Part shown: positions 14,242-32,500 of the stretch, one piece after another
Layout of the letters: each line of letters starts with the position of its first letter
Numbering within the stretch: the stretch's first letter is position 1
DNA from: Vitrella brassicaformis CCMP3155
Taxonomy: Eukaryota; Protista; Chromerida
Assembly: GCA_001179505.1 (NCBI GenBank)
Contig: CDMY01000908.1
Span: 176,672-240,671 of the forward strand
Direction of reading: 5' to 3'
Length of the DNA stretch: 64,000 nt
The notes under the pieces: model-generated
What the model saw: only the letters and a program-made list of their open reading frames with translations
Databases searched by the model: none
What the model was told of the DNA's origin: nothing
Translations under genes and position numbers: made by a program

Positions 14242-16704
14242 TCAGCAGGATGACGTCCGTTGCCCTGAGAACCTGACAGAATGTCCACACACAACCACAC
14301 ATGGATGACGTCATCAGCTCAGCGCAAATCATCAATGAGTGAATGCGCGTCGATCAACACCACGTACCTTGGTTTTCGGCTCACGACCTCCCGTAGAGGT
14401 AGAAGCCGACCCAGGGGATGTGGTGGTTCGGCAATGGCACCTCCTTCTCGTACGTGCACTTATAGAACTCAGGCCACTCCACTGATTGTTGCAAAGAAGG
14501 AAAGGAAGCCACACATACACATACATATGCTGACTGCTGGTACATGCAGCGCCTGTTGGCCTATGGTAGGTCACTTACCACATTGCTTGAAGCCGATCTC
14601 CTTGACCTCGAAGCACTTGTCCTCCATCCGCGAGCACGGCATCGGCACACTGATATCAATGAACCTATGTACGCCACACACCACAGTCAGACACAGACAT
14701 GTCATGGCGTAAGAGTGTGTGTGTGTATGAGCCGTGCACACCTGGAGTAGCTGGCCACGCCGCCTCGCACTTCCAAATTCGTGACAATTATCTTGTCTGC
14801 CATTTCTCGGAGGTCAGGCACGCCAAGAGATGCCGTGTCCAGGTCCGTGAAAGCGTTCTCCCCTCGACGACGCATGCAATCCTGCATCTCGCTTGGAATT
14901 TTCTCGGGAATTGACTCAAGCAGGGTCACGTCAAACAACACGTCATCGAAGTCCGTAAACAGTGACTTGACTTGCTCAAACGCCTCAGCCACCTACCGGA
15001 CACCCCAGACGCAGCACACGCACCAGTGTAACCCATCTGTGTCTCAGGTGTGGCACAAGCTCACGTACCTTGGTGCCTCCCTTCAGCCCCTCCACCATCG
15101 ACGGCAGGTCTGGTGCCTGGCCACTGGAAATGGCCTCAGCAATAGTCTCCCGATAGTTCATCAGCTTGTAAAGGTCCTCGGCGGCCTGCAGCGCGTCCAG
15201 AACCGCAGGGACGGTGTCCATGAGTGTCGTCAGTCTCTCGATCTTGCCCGCCATCTCGTCCAGCTGGGCGATGCGGGACTGCTCTACACTGGTTTTGTTC
15301 TCGCTGGCACATGCTTCAAGGTCAGCACGGGTCTTGCGAAGGAGCTGAGGGACCCTCTCGAGGACGTTCATGCGATCGGTTACAGCTGAGGTGACAGTGT
15401 TGATCCGATCGACGATATCGTCTTTGAGAGCCACAAAGTCATCGGCCAATCTGTCAGCGGAATTCTCCTGCAATGCAGCACATGTGAAGCAGCGTGTTTG
15501 TGAATCTGGGGTCATGTCGGGCGTGAATGTGCTGTGTATGTACCAGATAGAGGCGGAATTCGTGGATCAGTTGGTCACATGAAGCGCCGGGGAATATACA
15601 GCCTGCACCGAGCAAAACCGATCTGCACAAAGAAACGTGCTCTGAGATGTGAAAGGGCACGACACATGCGGCTGACATCAGTGGCCTCGCGCACCTTCTG
15701 GTAGAAGGCCAAGTCGATCTCCTCCAGCTCGGTGACGCGATACAGTGAAGCACCGCGACCGTCTCGGATCTCAGCCAGGACATTGTCCTTGTCCGGCTCT
15801 TGCACGTTCAACCCCAGGTCGATCAGACAGTTCTGCACCTTGAGACCCGACTGCACACACACACGAGAGAGAGAGAGAAACAGGGAGAGGCGAATGCACA
15901 CGCACGATTACTCTTTCTCGCCTCATTCATGTGCCCACCGTGAGAGCGGCAGAGATCGCCAGACTATAGTGGACGCTTTCAAAGGAGTTCTGCAGCCCCT
16001 CTCGCAGAATCTTATCAGCCAATTTGAAGCACTCGCAGCTCGCCTCGAGGGTCCTCGTCACATCGCCACCAATCATCGAGCTGAGGGACTTTTCCTCATA
16101 CTTGATCGATGCACCCGAGGGCACCCTATTATCTATGTACACACAGCCAGAGCGCACAGTCGCCCGCATTCCATACTCGCGGCCCTGTCTGGCTTTCCTG
16201 TTTCAGCCCCGCTTACCGCATGTAGCCGCGACAGGAACACGAACACGGATCCCTGCGACGCGCCGCCGCTCGATACGAATGCAGGGTGTTCTTATGGTGC
16301 GGTAGTCGATCTCGACTCCCGTCGGAATTTTGATGCTCGAGCTCAGGGCGTCCACAGCCGTCGGGCAAATGCTGCCGATCGCTGCACATGGACAGTCAAT
16401 TAGCAGGCACCACACACACACACATACACACAGTGTGCGAATCAAGGCGTGTCGTCTTGTGCGTGCTCTGACCTCACCTTGTGCCTGTGTGCGACGACGC
16501 GCCTGACTCAGTAAGTCCGTTTCCGTCCCTGCCAGCCAGACATACACACACGCAACAACACACACAACGACGATACAGCAGATCTATGTACCCTGCACTG
16601 CGGGTGCGTGACGCCCTCCTGTGTGTGCTACGTCCGCCCTGCGTACCTTGGCCATAGACGGAGGCGACCAAGGCAAGCACCAATACCACACTCTTGAGCG
16701 ACAT
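14242..16704 (-). CDS. Hypothetical secreted protein with helical/coiled-coil core
   Basis: Signal peptide MSLKSVVLVLALVASVYG. Several in-frame exons (AIGSICPTAV..., YIDNRVPSG..., LKVQNCLIDL..., ENSADRLADDFVAL..., AEAFEQVKSLF..., ISVPMPCSRMEDKCF...) separated by repeat-rich GT-AG introns. Exact exon chain not fully verified. Confidence 0.65.
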
Positions 16705-17136
16705 TGACTCAGTCAAATCTGACGGACTGTGCTGCAGCAGATTGAAGATTGCACCAGCCTTCGGGAAGAGAAGACAAGGGGTCAGTGAACAACGGGAGAC
16801 AAGGAGAGGTAGAGGACACGTTGTCTTCTCTCTCTCTGATCTGTCCTGGGAGCGGCAGGGATGAGCGCTATCATGATCAAAATCGTGCTGCAGCGATGAC
16901 CCTTCAGCGCAGATGTTCTGCACAGGCACAACCAGATCTCGTGTACCTCAAGCAAGCTCCACCAATCGCATCCACGAGACCCCCCCCAGCCCGCCCCCGT
17001 CTCGCGTCTCCTCCCTTGCAAATTCATCCTATCCCATTCATCCCTATTTCACCCACCTTTGCATTGGTATGATGTACAGTACTGTACCTCCGTGGGCCCT
17101 CTGCACGACCCGCGTGCCTATCGCTGTGTGACTCAG

Positions 17137-17843
17137 ATGGTGCTGTCTAAGACCGTACGCACGCTGCTGCTTCTCGTGGCCACTGTGTCGCTCTGCAGCG
17201 CCTCGCTCCTCAACAGACGTCGCGGTGGGCGGGGCACGCACTCGGGGCACCAGAGCAGCGACGCGGAACATCGATTGAGTGGCGGCCTTGCTGTCTGGCT
17301 GTCTGTGCAGCAATCCGTTACCACGGGCCGACTGATTGCGACAAGGACAAGACTGCAAGGAGAAAGGAGAGAAGCTTAAGTGCTTCAAGAGGATCTGGGA
17401 CGACGTGACCCAATCCGAGCAGACACCCAAACAGGGAGTCTGCCGGGTATGCATACATGTAGCGAGCTGGACTTGCGGCGTTCCCTCGTGCCCACGTGTC
17501 TCGTATTGTTTGTTTTTGTGTGGGCGTGCAGACCTCCGGAGTGCAGGGCGACAAATGGTAAGTACGCGGCCCATGCACCCGATCAAACATAGCTAGTAGA
17601 TGATTCAGAACTGGCTCTTTCTCCATGTGTGTCTGCAGCTGGCCAGGCCACGGGTGTGGCGTGTACCAGGGGCAATTGCCCGATAAGCCCGTGTACGGCG
17701 AGAAGCCCCTGTGGTGTCTCCCCAAGGACATCCCAAGAGAGGGGCCCCTCGGAGCCGGTCTCTTGCAAGCGAGTGGCCCCTTCATCTGCAACCGAGAGGC
17801 AATCGACGTCAAGAAGGACAGGCAGGCGCGAGGTTTGGAGTGA
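17137..17843 (+). CDS. Small hypothetical secreted protein
   Basis: Signal peptide MVLSKTVRTLLLLVATVSLCSA. Exons KCFKRIWDDVTQ... and WPGHGCGVYQGQLPDKPVYGEKPLWCLP...ICNREAIDVKKDRQARGLE*. Confidence 0.55.
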
Positions 17844-20007
17844 GAGTACTGAGTGAGTGAATTACTGTGTGTTGAGTCGCATTGGCGTGTCTGTCAATCC
17901 AACCCGAAGCCCAAGTTCCAAGATGCATCCATCCGACACATGTGTGCGTGAATGGCCCGTGGCGCACAGCCAGGCCAGGCCAGGGAGGCGGAGAGAACCG
18001 ACCACGCTGATGCAGTGAATCCGTCCCCACTCAGCCTCCCGACCGGCCGGCCGGCCACACACCCAAGCACACACGCACACAGGCATCCATCCATCCATCC
18101 ACCGGTCGCATCGCCACACCGGTCCCATCACATCACATCACCACCACTTGGCTATCGTGTCCACCTACCTGTCCACCCACCTCCTAGCTCGTTCCACCGT
18201 CCGTCCGTCCACTGATTGATTGATTGATTCCACCGCTTTAAAACGTCAGACAGAGAGAGAGAGAGAGAGAGATAAGTAAGTCAAGAAGAGAGGAGACGAG
18301 ACAAGAAAGAGAGCAAGTGTGAGGCAAGGGCTGTCTGTGTCTGTCTGTCTGTCTGCCCCCGGGAGCAAGGCAGGCCGGGAGGGAGCTATGCTACGCAATG
18401 GAGCCAGCAAGCAAAGAGAGAGAGAGAGAGAGAGAAAGCGCCTGGGGTGCAGGGCAGCCAGACAGGCAGGCAGGCAGGCAGGCATTCACGCATCAGAGAG
18501 GCAGGGAGGCACTAGGCAAATCAGTCAGTCAAGACAGTCTGGTCGGTCGGCCGGTCGGCCTATGTGTCTGTCTCGGCTGCCGGCCAGTGGTATGCGCAGG
18601 CAAAGTGAGAGAGGAGGCAGACAGACACACATGGGTGGGTGGGGCAAAAAAGACTGTCACTCGCCAACCAGCTGTCGGTGAGTCGAAGGGCATAGCTGGC
18701 ACACATGACAAACATAACAGCCACCAGCACATAATGAGGACATAGGCACATAGGGAGAGAGGCAGGTACACGTCAGCCAGCAGCCACGAGTAGCAAGTGA
18801 GGGACCACGCAGGCACCATAGAGAGACAGGCAGGCAGGTAGGCAGGCACACACATCAAGGAAGGCAGGCAGGCAGGCAGGTACTCCCATCCAGCCATCTA
18901 CACCCCTCTCTCCCTATACTCGTGTGTAGTGAGTGTATGAATCGATCCGATGGATCGACCCCATGTCGGTCTGTCTGTCTGTCTGTCTGGGTGTGTGTGT
19001 GCCCACATCACATCGCATGGAGGGAAGGTATGTGCAGACGCAGGCAACCCAAGCCAACCCACCCACCCAGACGCGCACACACACCCACACACACTCACGT
19101 ACACATACTGTAACAAAACAACAGCAGGAGCAGCAGCAGCAGACAGACAGACAGACAGCACGGTGAGTGTCCTGTAGTGTCTGCGGGGCGTGCGGCTATC
19201 CGAGAAAAGACATCCGCATGAGTGACACAAACACGTACGCACCCGACAGACAAGGCAAAATGAAAGGGAAACGCAATGCGGGCAAAACCTCAGGAAAGCA
19301 ATCAGAGAGAGAACGGCGGGATCGCTGGAGATATAGCCGGAGGCCGGCCACATCCAACCAGACCGACTGGCTCTACTAATCGACTGACCGCTTATGATTG
19401 AAAAATCCTCTCATTCATTCGGCTGGTCGTGTGTGCATGGGTGTCTCGCCCCTGTGCCTGACCTCCCCCCATTCCCACCCAGCCCTCTACGTGTGTGTGG
19501 TGTGTGCGCAAGTAGTGAGGAAGGAAGAGTGTGTGGCTTTCCCTCCACGCCAAGACAAAACCGTGAAGAGGCCGCCGTGTGTGCGAGTGGTGCGTGTGGC
19601 TGTCGTCCCGTCACAAATAGGCCGAGAAAGACAGTGAGAGAGAGAGTGAGCAAAGGAGAGAGAGAGAGAGGAAGGACGAAGGACACGCAACGCGCACACC
19701 ACCGCATCACCCACGCACCACGGAAAGACGCAGACGTACATACGCAATCTCACTCGCACATCCGCTCACACACACGTACGTTTAAACTTCCCTCCTCCCT
19801 CCCGCCCTCCCGCCCCTCCTTCCGCCCCTCCCCCAGTGTGTGGTGTGGGGTATATATACGTGATCGGTCACAGCCTGTGTGACCCATGCCGCATCGCCTC
19901 AGCTCCTAAACACACACTCACACACTGACGGCGAACAAGTGGATGGATGGACGGTAGCACGCCAATACGAGTCAATCAAGCGGCTAGAGAGAGAGAGAGA
20001 GAGGGGG

Positions 20008-20307
20008 NNNNNNNNNNNNNNNNNNNNNNNNNNNNNNNNNNNNNNNNNNNNNNNNNNNNNNNNNNNNNNNNNNNNNNNNNNNNNNNNNNNNNNNNNNNNN
20101 NNNNNNNNNNNNNNNNNNNNNNNNNNNNNNNNNNNNNNNNNNNNNNNNNNNNNNNNNNNNNNNNNNNNNNNNNNNNNNNNNNNNNNNNNNNNNNNNNNNN
20201 NNNNNNNNNNNNNNNNNNNNNNNNNNNNNNNNNNNNNNNNNNNNNNNNNNNNNNNNNNNNNNNNNNNNNNNNNNNNNNNNNNNNNNNNNNNNNNNNNNNN
20301 NNNNNNN
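20008..20307. other. Assembly gap (300 N) flanked by poly-G
   Basis: Run of N characters with G homopolymers on both sides. Confidence 1.
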
Positions 20308-20831
20308 GGGGGGGGGGGGGAGGGAGGGAGGGACGCGTGGGCTCCGTCAGGTTGAGATATTGACGAAAAGGGACAAAGAGAATAAAGGGGCGAGGGAAGG
20401 GAGGGAAGGGGAGCAATGGGCTAGGCAGACAGGCAGACAGACAGGGAGGGAGAGGGAGGCAGGATAAGCAAACGACCAACCAGTCTACCAACCGGCTTAT
20501 GCAGATGTATGTGTGTATGTGCGCGAGGGAGTGAGGGAGCCTTGAGCAAACTGTACACTACTCCCAGTGTGTGTGTATGTGGCCGAAACGCAACACCGCC
20601 ACGCCCACACAGCTCAGCCAGGGGCCGCCACACACACACAGCACCCCAGCCAGCCATCCATCACCCACACACCAATTCAAAGCCCGACCGAAGCACACAC
20701 GCGACACACAGGCAGGCAGGCAGGCAGGCACAGATGAATGAAGAAACATGAGGCAGTACACAGAGAGAAGCCAGACGAGAAGGCACGCCACTCACCCACC
20801 CCCTCTCTCTCTCCCGATCCACTCACTCAGC

Positions 20832-25723
<4,892 letters not shown>

Positions 25724-26346
25724 GGCTTGACGCGCGACACGCAGTGGCCTCTCGACACTCGCTGATGCGACGGATACGGGAGGGAACGAGCTGATCTACC
25801 TGCCCGGTAGGCGTGGTGTCTGTGGGACTGGACAATTCGCCGCTGACCGCCTCGTTCGCTGATGCGGCAGCTGCGTCTTGTTCTCGAACGCGATGAGCCT
25901 GCTGTCGTCGAACAACAAGCTCCGATCTACTGATGGCGAGCTACTGGGTTAGCTCGCATCGTGAGGATTGCCCTTAGCGATTTCGCTCTCTTTCGTTTGT
26001 CCGCGTACCCCTCCGACGGTCCTGTAACGAGATCTGTCCTCCACCACCTCTGCAGCAGAGGTGCGCATGCAGCAACAAAGCAGGCAGGTGCACACGGTCT
26101 CAACACGGTCTCTGTCTGCAGATCTGGCCAAAAGCAAGGGCTTCTGCCTGTCCTTGCAGGTAGCACTGATATTGTTTCATAGCTCTCGGAGGAGTCAGCA
26201 GCCAGCTGCCGACGGACTGACGAGCCCTCACAACAGATCAGGTGGGCAGGACCACAGGGAATCCGACCGACGGCTGCCGAACGGCGCTGCTTGTGGATGC
26301 AGACCACTTGGCGTGTGCATGTGCTGTTTTCAGTGTGGTTTTCGGC

Positions 26347-26700
26347 ATGAATGCTGCTCGCCTACAAGAGATCCGGGCTTTGATTGATGCAGATGGGTTG
26401 TTGAACATCCCAGATGCTGACTGGCCTACGGCGTCAGACCTTTCCGTGGCCTTTTACGCTCGTCAGTCGTCAGGGGCGCGTATCCGACGGCGCATTTCGC
26501 GATTTGGTCGTCACCCCACTGCCGATGAGGTCAGACAAGAGATCGGCAACGCGTTCAGGCTAACCGGCGCCTTCACCGTCATCGCGTTAGGGGACGGCCA
26601 GACAGCTCAGCTTAATGCCCTACAAGACCATGGCCTATACTGGATCGAGCCAGCCGGTCAGTTGGGCAGGCAGTTCACGAACAGATATGCACTAAGCTGA
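26347..26700 (+). CDS. Hypothetical protein (or exon), unknown small domain
   Basis: Repeat-free open frame MNAARLQEIRALIDADGLL...LQDHGLYWIEP... with plausible globular composition. Confidence 0.4.
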   Translation: MNAARLQEIRALIDADGLLNIPDADWPTASDLSVAFYARQSSGARIRRRISRFGRHPTADEVRQEIGNAFRLTGAFTVIALGDGQTAQLNALQDHGLYWIEPAGQLGRQFTNRYALS

Positions 26701-27008
26701 GTGTCTGCATCGTTTGTGGTTGCACGTGAGCAGAAGACGCATTTCAATCGGATCCCGCCGCCTCCACGATTGGGCGCTCATCAGGTGCTGAGTCCGAGCC
26801 TTCTACGGCACTGGCCGTTGCGGCACTCCCGAAGCCCCTTCCCTCGCCGCCACCGGCCGTCGTCGGTACGCCCGTTGCTGGACTGGTTGCTGGACTGCTC
26901 ACTGATGCTGGCGGCGCCAACACCCTGCATCTCGCCGTGGCTGCCGGACCGACTGACGGGGCTGATGGCGGGCCTGGAGGCAATCAGCGAGGTTAGCCTC
27001 GCTGGTGT

Positions 27009-27410
27009 GTGTACTTCTACAGGGGGAAGATCCACCCCAAACAGGACGGGTGGTTACAGCTGGCGTTGTATGTGTTGTACGGTACCGTGCTCGAGATACT
27101 CGCCTTCCAGTTCATCTTGCTGCCATTCATGGTGGACGTGCTGCACGCGCTGAATCCACAAGCTGCCCATATGATTGGCCAAGCGAATGCGTGGGTGGTC
27201 CTCCTCATCAGCATGGCGCTAGCGTTCGGTTACTTCTCCCACAGGGCTACGATGGAGATGGATCCTCGGTGGAGGCTACGGGAGGGCTGCTGCACGCAGT
27301 GCTGCTTTTTTCCTGTGCACGGGTTTCTGCTGTGGGTGGATGTACGGTTTTCCATCCCCTTGATTATCACGGTAATTTTCATTGTGTTGATTTTTTCCTA
27401 CCTCGTATGA
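27009..27410 (+). CDS. Hypothetical membrane protein exon (about 3 TM segments)
   Basis: Hydrophobic stretches WLQLALYVLYGTVLEILAFQFILLPF, AWVVLLISMALAFGYF and FSIPLIITVIFIVLIFSYLV*. 5' end not resolved. Confidence 0.5.
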   Translation: MYFYRGKIHPKQDGWLQLALYVLYGTVLEILAFQFILLPFMVDVLHALNPQAAHMIGQANAWVVLLISMALAFGYFSHRATMEMDPRWRLREGCCTQCCFFPVHGFLLWVDVRFSIPLIITVIFIVLIFSYLV

Positions 27411-27563
27411 TGACTTGCTGTTTGTTGAGATGAACGTATCACATGGATCAATAAATCAGTCAAGCAGCCACACATCAGGCCACACGAAGTAACACAACGA
27501 ACGTGTCCTTGACCAAAAAATGAGAGACTGTCCGACCTTCCCGCCAAGCAAGCAGCCACGGCT

Positions 27564-29110
27564 CTACCTGCCTGGCTCGCCATCCGTTTCCCCGCTCCAC
27601 CCCTGCTGCCCCTCACTCGTCCCAAACTGGCCGAGGAGCGGCTCTCTGAGCCCATCGCTGGTCTGCGCAGCCGCTCCCCCGGTTGGGCCTTGCCGGTGGC
27701 GACTCGGCATCAATCGATGCACCAGCTGCTGCAGGAAAGACGGGGCAGCGGGAGCATGTGCTGAGTCTACGGGAGGCCGCTGCGGGTCGGTGGAAGGCTG
27801 CAGCGTGGCGCCACTCTCGTCAGAGCGCCTCTGACGGGCAGACATGTACTTCTCATACTCCTCTGCACACACACTCACATCCAACAAACAACCATTTAGT
27901 CATGTCGTGGTTGCGCCGCCCTTCTCTGTCCACCTGCCTGTCCGCCTGTCTGCGTGTCCGCCTGTCTGCCTGTGTTTCCCCGACTGACCGTCTTCCATGA
28001 TCTCAATGAGGTATGAGCCGTGTTGCTCCATCATGCGAGGATTGACGCTACAGCCGAAGCCGTCCAAGATGTTGATATGCGTCTCTGCCGGAATCGCCAG
28101 CTCACCCCGGATGTGGTCCTTCATTCCCTCGATGAATGACAATACCTCCGCCAATGATCGTGCGTCCGACGAGTACGAGGGCTGGAAGCGCTCGAAATTA
28201 GGCAGGCGGTGCACATCCGTCGCGGGGTTGACATCCCTCTCAATAGGGTCGGGTCGCTGCCTGGTGGACGAGTCCCTGCCGACGAAGAGAACCACGTCAA
28301 TCTTACCGGGAGTCTCGTCAGGGTAAGGGCCACGCCACTTGGGAAGCCTGAACGGCACATGTTCTGCCAAGCTCCCGCCGTTCATCAATTGACGTGCGTC
28401 GTTGCCTCGAGCAGCCTTCCGGCTGTTCTTCTCCCCCTGACACACAGTGGGTTGGGTTTTGAGCTCGCATGTCTTCTTCTGTGTGTGTGTGTGGCAGGCA
28501 GCGTGTGTGGATGCGCCTGGACAGAGGCAGGCGGACAATGCGGAACGGGACGAAGATCTGACATTATCGGCGGTGTGTGGCTGTGTGTCCTCTCTGGCTG
28601 TCCACACAGCAAAGTAAGATGGACGAGAGAGATGCTTCGGCGCCTTATTGTTCTCGCGTTAAGCGGCCTGATCCTCTGACCAACTGTGGCAGCTGTGCGT
28701 ATGTGCACCCGCCGGCCGTCCGCCTGTCCCGCAACGCACAGGGCCGCCCCAGCCGTCGTGCCAACCACGTTACTGAGGTCAAGCGCGATGGCATGTGGGT
28801 GTACGACTCTCTCTCTCTCTCTCTCTCTCTCTTTCTATCTCTCTCTGTGTGTGTGCCTGTGTTGGTGTGTGTGTGCAGAGCCTCAGAAGAAAGCGGTTGT
28901 TAGACTCCTGGAGGGCATTCATTGCAGTGATGGTGTTTACCTATCTGTGTGGGGACGGCGCTGGCGATGGATAGCCATCCCGCTGGCTCTGGTGAAGCTG
29001 GCACTCTTTTGACCAACTCCTTGTGTGCACGCGGCGGTGGCAGCGGTGGTGAGGGGCTCTGTGGTGTCTCCTCCAACGATTTCATTGTGTCTAGTATCCT
29101 AGATGATGAC
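27564..29110 (-). CDS. Hypothetical protein, multi-exon
   Basis: Non-repetitive exons including ...KIDVVLFVGRDSS...HINILDGFGCSVNPRMMEQHGSYLIEI and a terminal exon EEYEKYMSARQ...EPGR*. 5' end uncertain. Confidence 0.5.
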
Positions 29111-29531
29111 ATGTACGATGGACAGACAGACAAACAGAATTGCGTCAGTGGCACGCGCTGCACGTATGTGTGTGTGGATCAACCTAACCGATTAATGAGC
29201 GAAAGTCGCACCCATGAGGATCTCGCACCCACCCCTCACCCCCCCGCCAGCCACACACACCACAAGATACAGAAAGCCAGGAGGATTAACGTCACTGACC
29301 GACGCCAACACATCCACCCATTCAATCCTTCGGTCACGTGTGTGTTGATAGGTATGTCAGACAGTCCACCCAACATGCACACGCACATGCAGGTACGTGC
29401 ACTCTCGTGCACAAGGCCTTACTTAGCACCACCACATGTCTGTCACACACCGATCCATCCATCCGTCTACCAACACGTCGGTTCAACCACCCCCCACCCA
29501 CTCACTCTTTCAGCTACAGGCATGCATTCAC

Positions 29532-32500
29532 TCATGCCGTCGCCTGCTGCGCCTCCCCCTCTCCCTCGCCCCCTCCCCCTCCCCGCCGCGGCGACGGCCT
29601 CCTCAGCCGCGGAGACATAATAGTCTCCTCACCACCGGCGCGCTGCTGCAACTGCAAAATCGACATTCGCCGCCTGCCCGCTCTGGTCTGCATCATAGCA
29701 GCCACGGACAGCCGCCGTCTCGCGTCCACAACCGCCGCATTGTCGGGCGGCTGCCCTCGAGCAGACAGAGGCGCACACAGTGTCACGGGGGAGGCCTCTC
29801 TGTCTCTGTCTCTGCTGCTGCTGCGTAGCCTTGCGAAAGTGCCGGCCAGTTGGTTTGACCCGTCGTCGGACCACCTGCGCTCCTGGGGCTGCTGGGGCGC
29901 ATCACCACCATCGGTGTTTGTGGGGAGTGGTGGGTCCAGGTGTGAGTCGCTGTTGTGCTTCTCCCACCACCCTGGGTAGAGGGCTTGGAAGAGATCGTGC
30001 TCGAACTCATGCTGCAGCCACAGAGAGGGACAGAAACGGAGACAGAGAGGGAGGGACAGAGAGGGACAGAGAGAAACGCATGGAATGTGGGCCGAGGATC
30101 TGTATGTGAATGTGTGTGCCTCTCTCTTCTCACACACTTGGAAGAGGAAGAAAGAGTCCGCCGAGCCTTCGGTGTCGTAGGATTTGAAGGGCCGCCAAGG
30201 AGCCTGCCTGTTCACACCAGCCGCAGCAGGTGACCCAACTCCCCCGCTGTCCTTCCCCCTCTCGACAGGCAGCTTCAGCCGCGAGATGACAGACACTTCT
30301 GTCCCGTCAGGCCGCTCACTCTCATCCCCAGACGACCACAGATCTTCGCTGGTGTTGACTTTCTTCACCTGAGGCTCCGGGGCTTTCCTCCTTTTGCTGG
30401 CGGTGTCTCTGCTGTCGCCGGGAGAGTCGGGTACCATTGTCGGGGTCTTGGGTGTCTTGGCCACCCTCCCCTTGACGACCATTTTCCTCTTCTGAGGAGG
30501 GGTGAGCATCGTGGTACTGGATGGGGACCACCCCGGCATTCCCAGTCGCTGTGCGTGGATGTCACTGTATCTGATGCCGCCATTCTTCTGGGTGCTCACC
30601 GACCGCTGCGTGACGCTGGAGCCACCCTCCGACCCATCCACTGCACGGCCACACTTGGGAGGCGGCGGGGGCGGGAGAGAAGGGGGATAGACGAAATACC
30701 TCACTGTCGATGCTGCCTGCTGTAGCTGCAGCTGCTGTTGCAGTGGCGTGACGTCCCAGCTGACGAGCAGGTCCTCTGCAGGGGCTGTTGCTGCAATAGC
30801 TGGGTGGGATGGGCGCGGCGGGAAGAATAGCTTCGAGGAGGGCTGCTGCGGGCGAGATGACCGCCAGTACATGCGATGGTGCGACGATGAGGTGTCCGTC
30901 GCTCCGCCCAGGTCGGGCTCGATGGTGTCTCCCCTGTCTGTCGACTCCTGGCCAACTTCGACAGCAGCAGACAAAGCGAGCCGCGGGCTGGATGCCTTCG
31001 ATGGATGAGGATGTTCCTCGCGCAATGGTCGGCAAGGGGGGCGAGAGGAAGCGAAAACGTCGGATGTCGGCCGATAGCTCCTCAGCTGATGCTCCCACAT
31101 GCTGGGGTGCACATGGCCGGCAGCCATTCCCTCCGCCCTTGTCCCCTGCCTCTGTCTCTGTCTTTGTCTCTGCCCGGCCGTCATCACTTGCTGTGTCGCC
31201 ACATAGACGGGCAGCCGCACACAGGGGGCCGGCGGCTCTCTGGGAGGAATGGGCGAGGGCATGCTCCTTGCAGCGAAGACCGGATCTACACCGTGGCGCG
31301 CCGGCGAGTAAAAGGGGCTGAACTGCCGCTCGATGTAGGTCGTTGCGGTGCCTGTCCCCTCACCACCCCCACCACCCCCACCACCACCAACACCACCAGA
31401 ACCAACAGGTTGATGCGATCGATGAGGAAGGGACGCATTATTTTCCTCTGCGATTGTCCTCCTTCTTGGTGAAGGCTCCTGGTCGAACAGGAGGCGGCAC
31501 TGGCCGTACTGAGAATTGGGGCGCGGCTGTGGCTGTGGGCTTAGAGAAGTCTCGTAGTTCTTCTGGACGGATTGGCTCTGTTTGTGTCTGAGGGCGGCTT
31601 GTGTGAGTTGGATGAGGTACTGCAGCAGGTGGTCCTTCCGCTGCAGCAGCGCCTTCTTCCGAGCCACCAGGAGGTCACTGTTTGTCAGACACAGAGAAAC
31701 AGACGGATACGCACAGACAGCAATCACACACACGGTCACACTCGGCTCACTCTCTGTGTACCTCTGAACACGGCGAGACGCCGCACTCACAGGCAGCAGT
31801 GCTGTGGTCGGCCTCATGTGTCCGCCCCTTCCCCTAGGACCTTTGCCCGTCCCTCTCCCTCTCCCTGTCCCTCTCCCTCTCCCTGTCCCTGTCCCTGTCC
31901 CTCTCCCTCTCTCATTGCCGCGGAAATACAGGTCGCTCTCCTCAAACAAAGGCCTCCCAGACGCGCAGCAATGCAGCCGCCCATACTCCTCATAGCCATA
32001 AACGGCATGCTCACCCCCCACTTCGGCAGCAGCAGCTGGATCGCCGCCACTGTAACGTCGTTTCTGTATGTGTGTGAGGTGTGAGAGCAGCTTGGTGAGC
32101 TCTGATGAGAGCTCTGTGGCCCTGGGGGAGGTCTGGATGGTCTTGTCCTCTGCTGGCGGTGACAGAGGGGGAGGGGGAGGGGGGAGGGAGGGGGGCAGGG
32201 CTGCTGCTAGGGGCAGGATGGGTGAAGGGTCGGTGTCGTCGGTGGCGTAGAAGTGCTGGAACTTGGCCACCAGGCCGACTAGACGGTCATTCAGCTCTCT
32301 GATAAGGTAGGTAACACGGACACAGTGGTGTGTGTGTGTGTGTGTGTTGGCTAACACGAGGTCGTTAAGGTGCAGCTGCAGGACCGTGTTGTCCTCGAGC
32401 AGCTGATGCTCGTCTTCACGGGCCGCCTGCAGACAGACACAATGAGAGAATATCGGCTCTCATGTATTGTGTGAGGGTGCGTGTGCGTGTGCGTGTGCGT

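Noticed and set aside
20008-20307. ORFs spanning the N runs
   Set aside because: Artefacts of 300-N placeholders. Both gaps are flanked by poly-G, suggesting sequencing dropout rather than hidden elements.
31840-31910. (ccctct/ccctgt)n hexamer array
   Set aside because: A simple coding microsatellite giving GRGTG repeats; no spacer structure, so not CRISPR-like.
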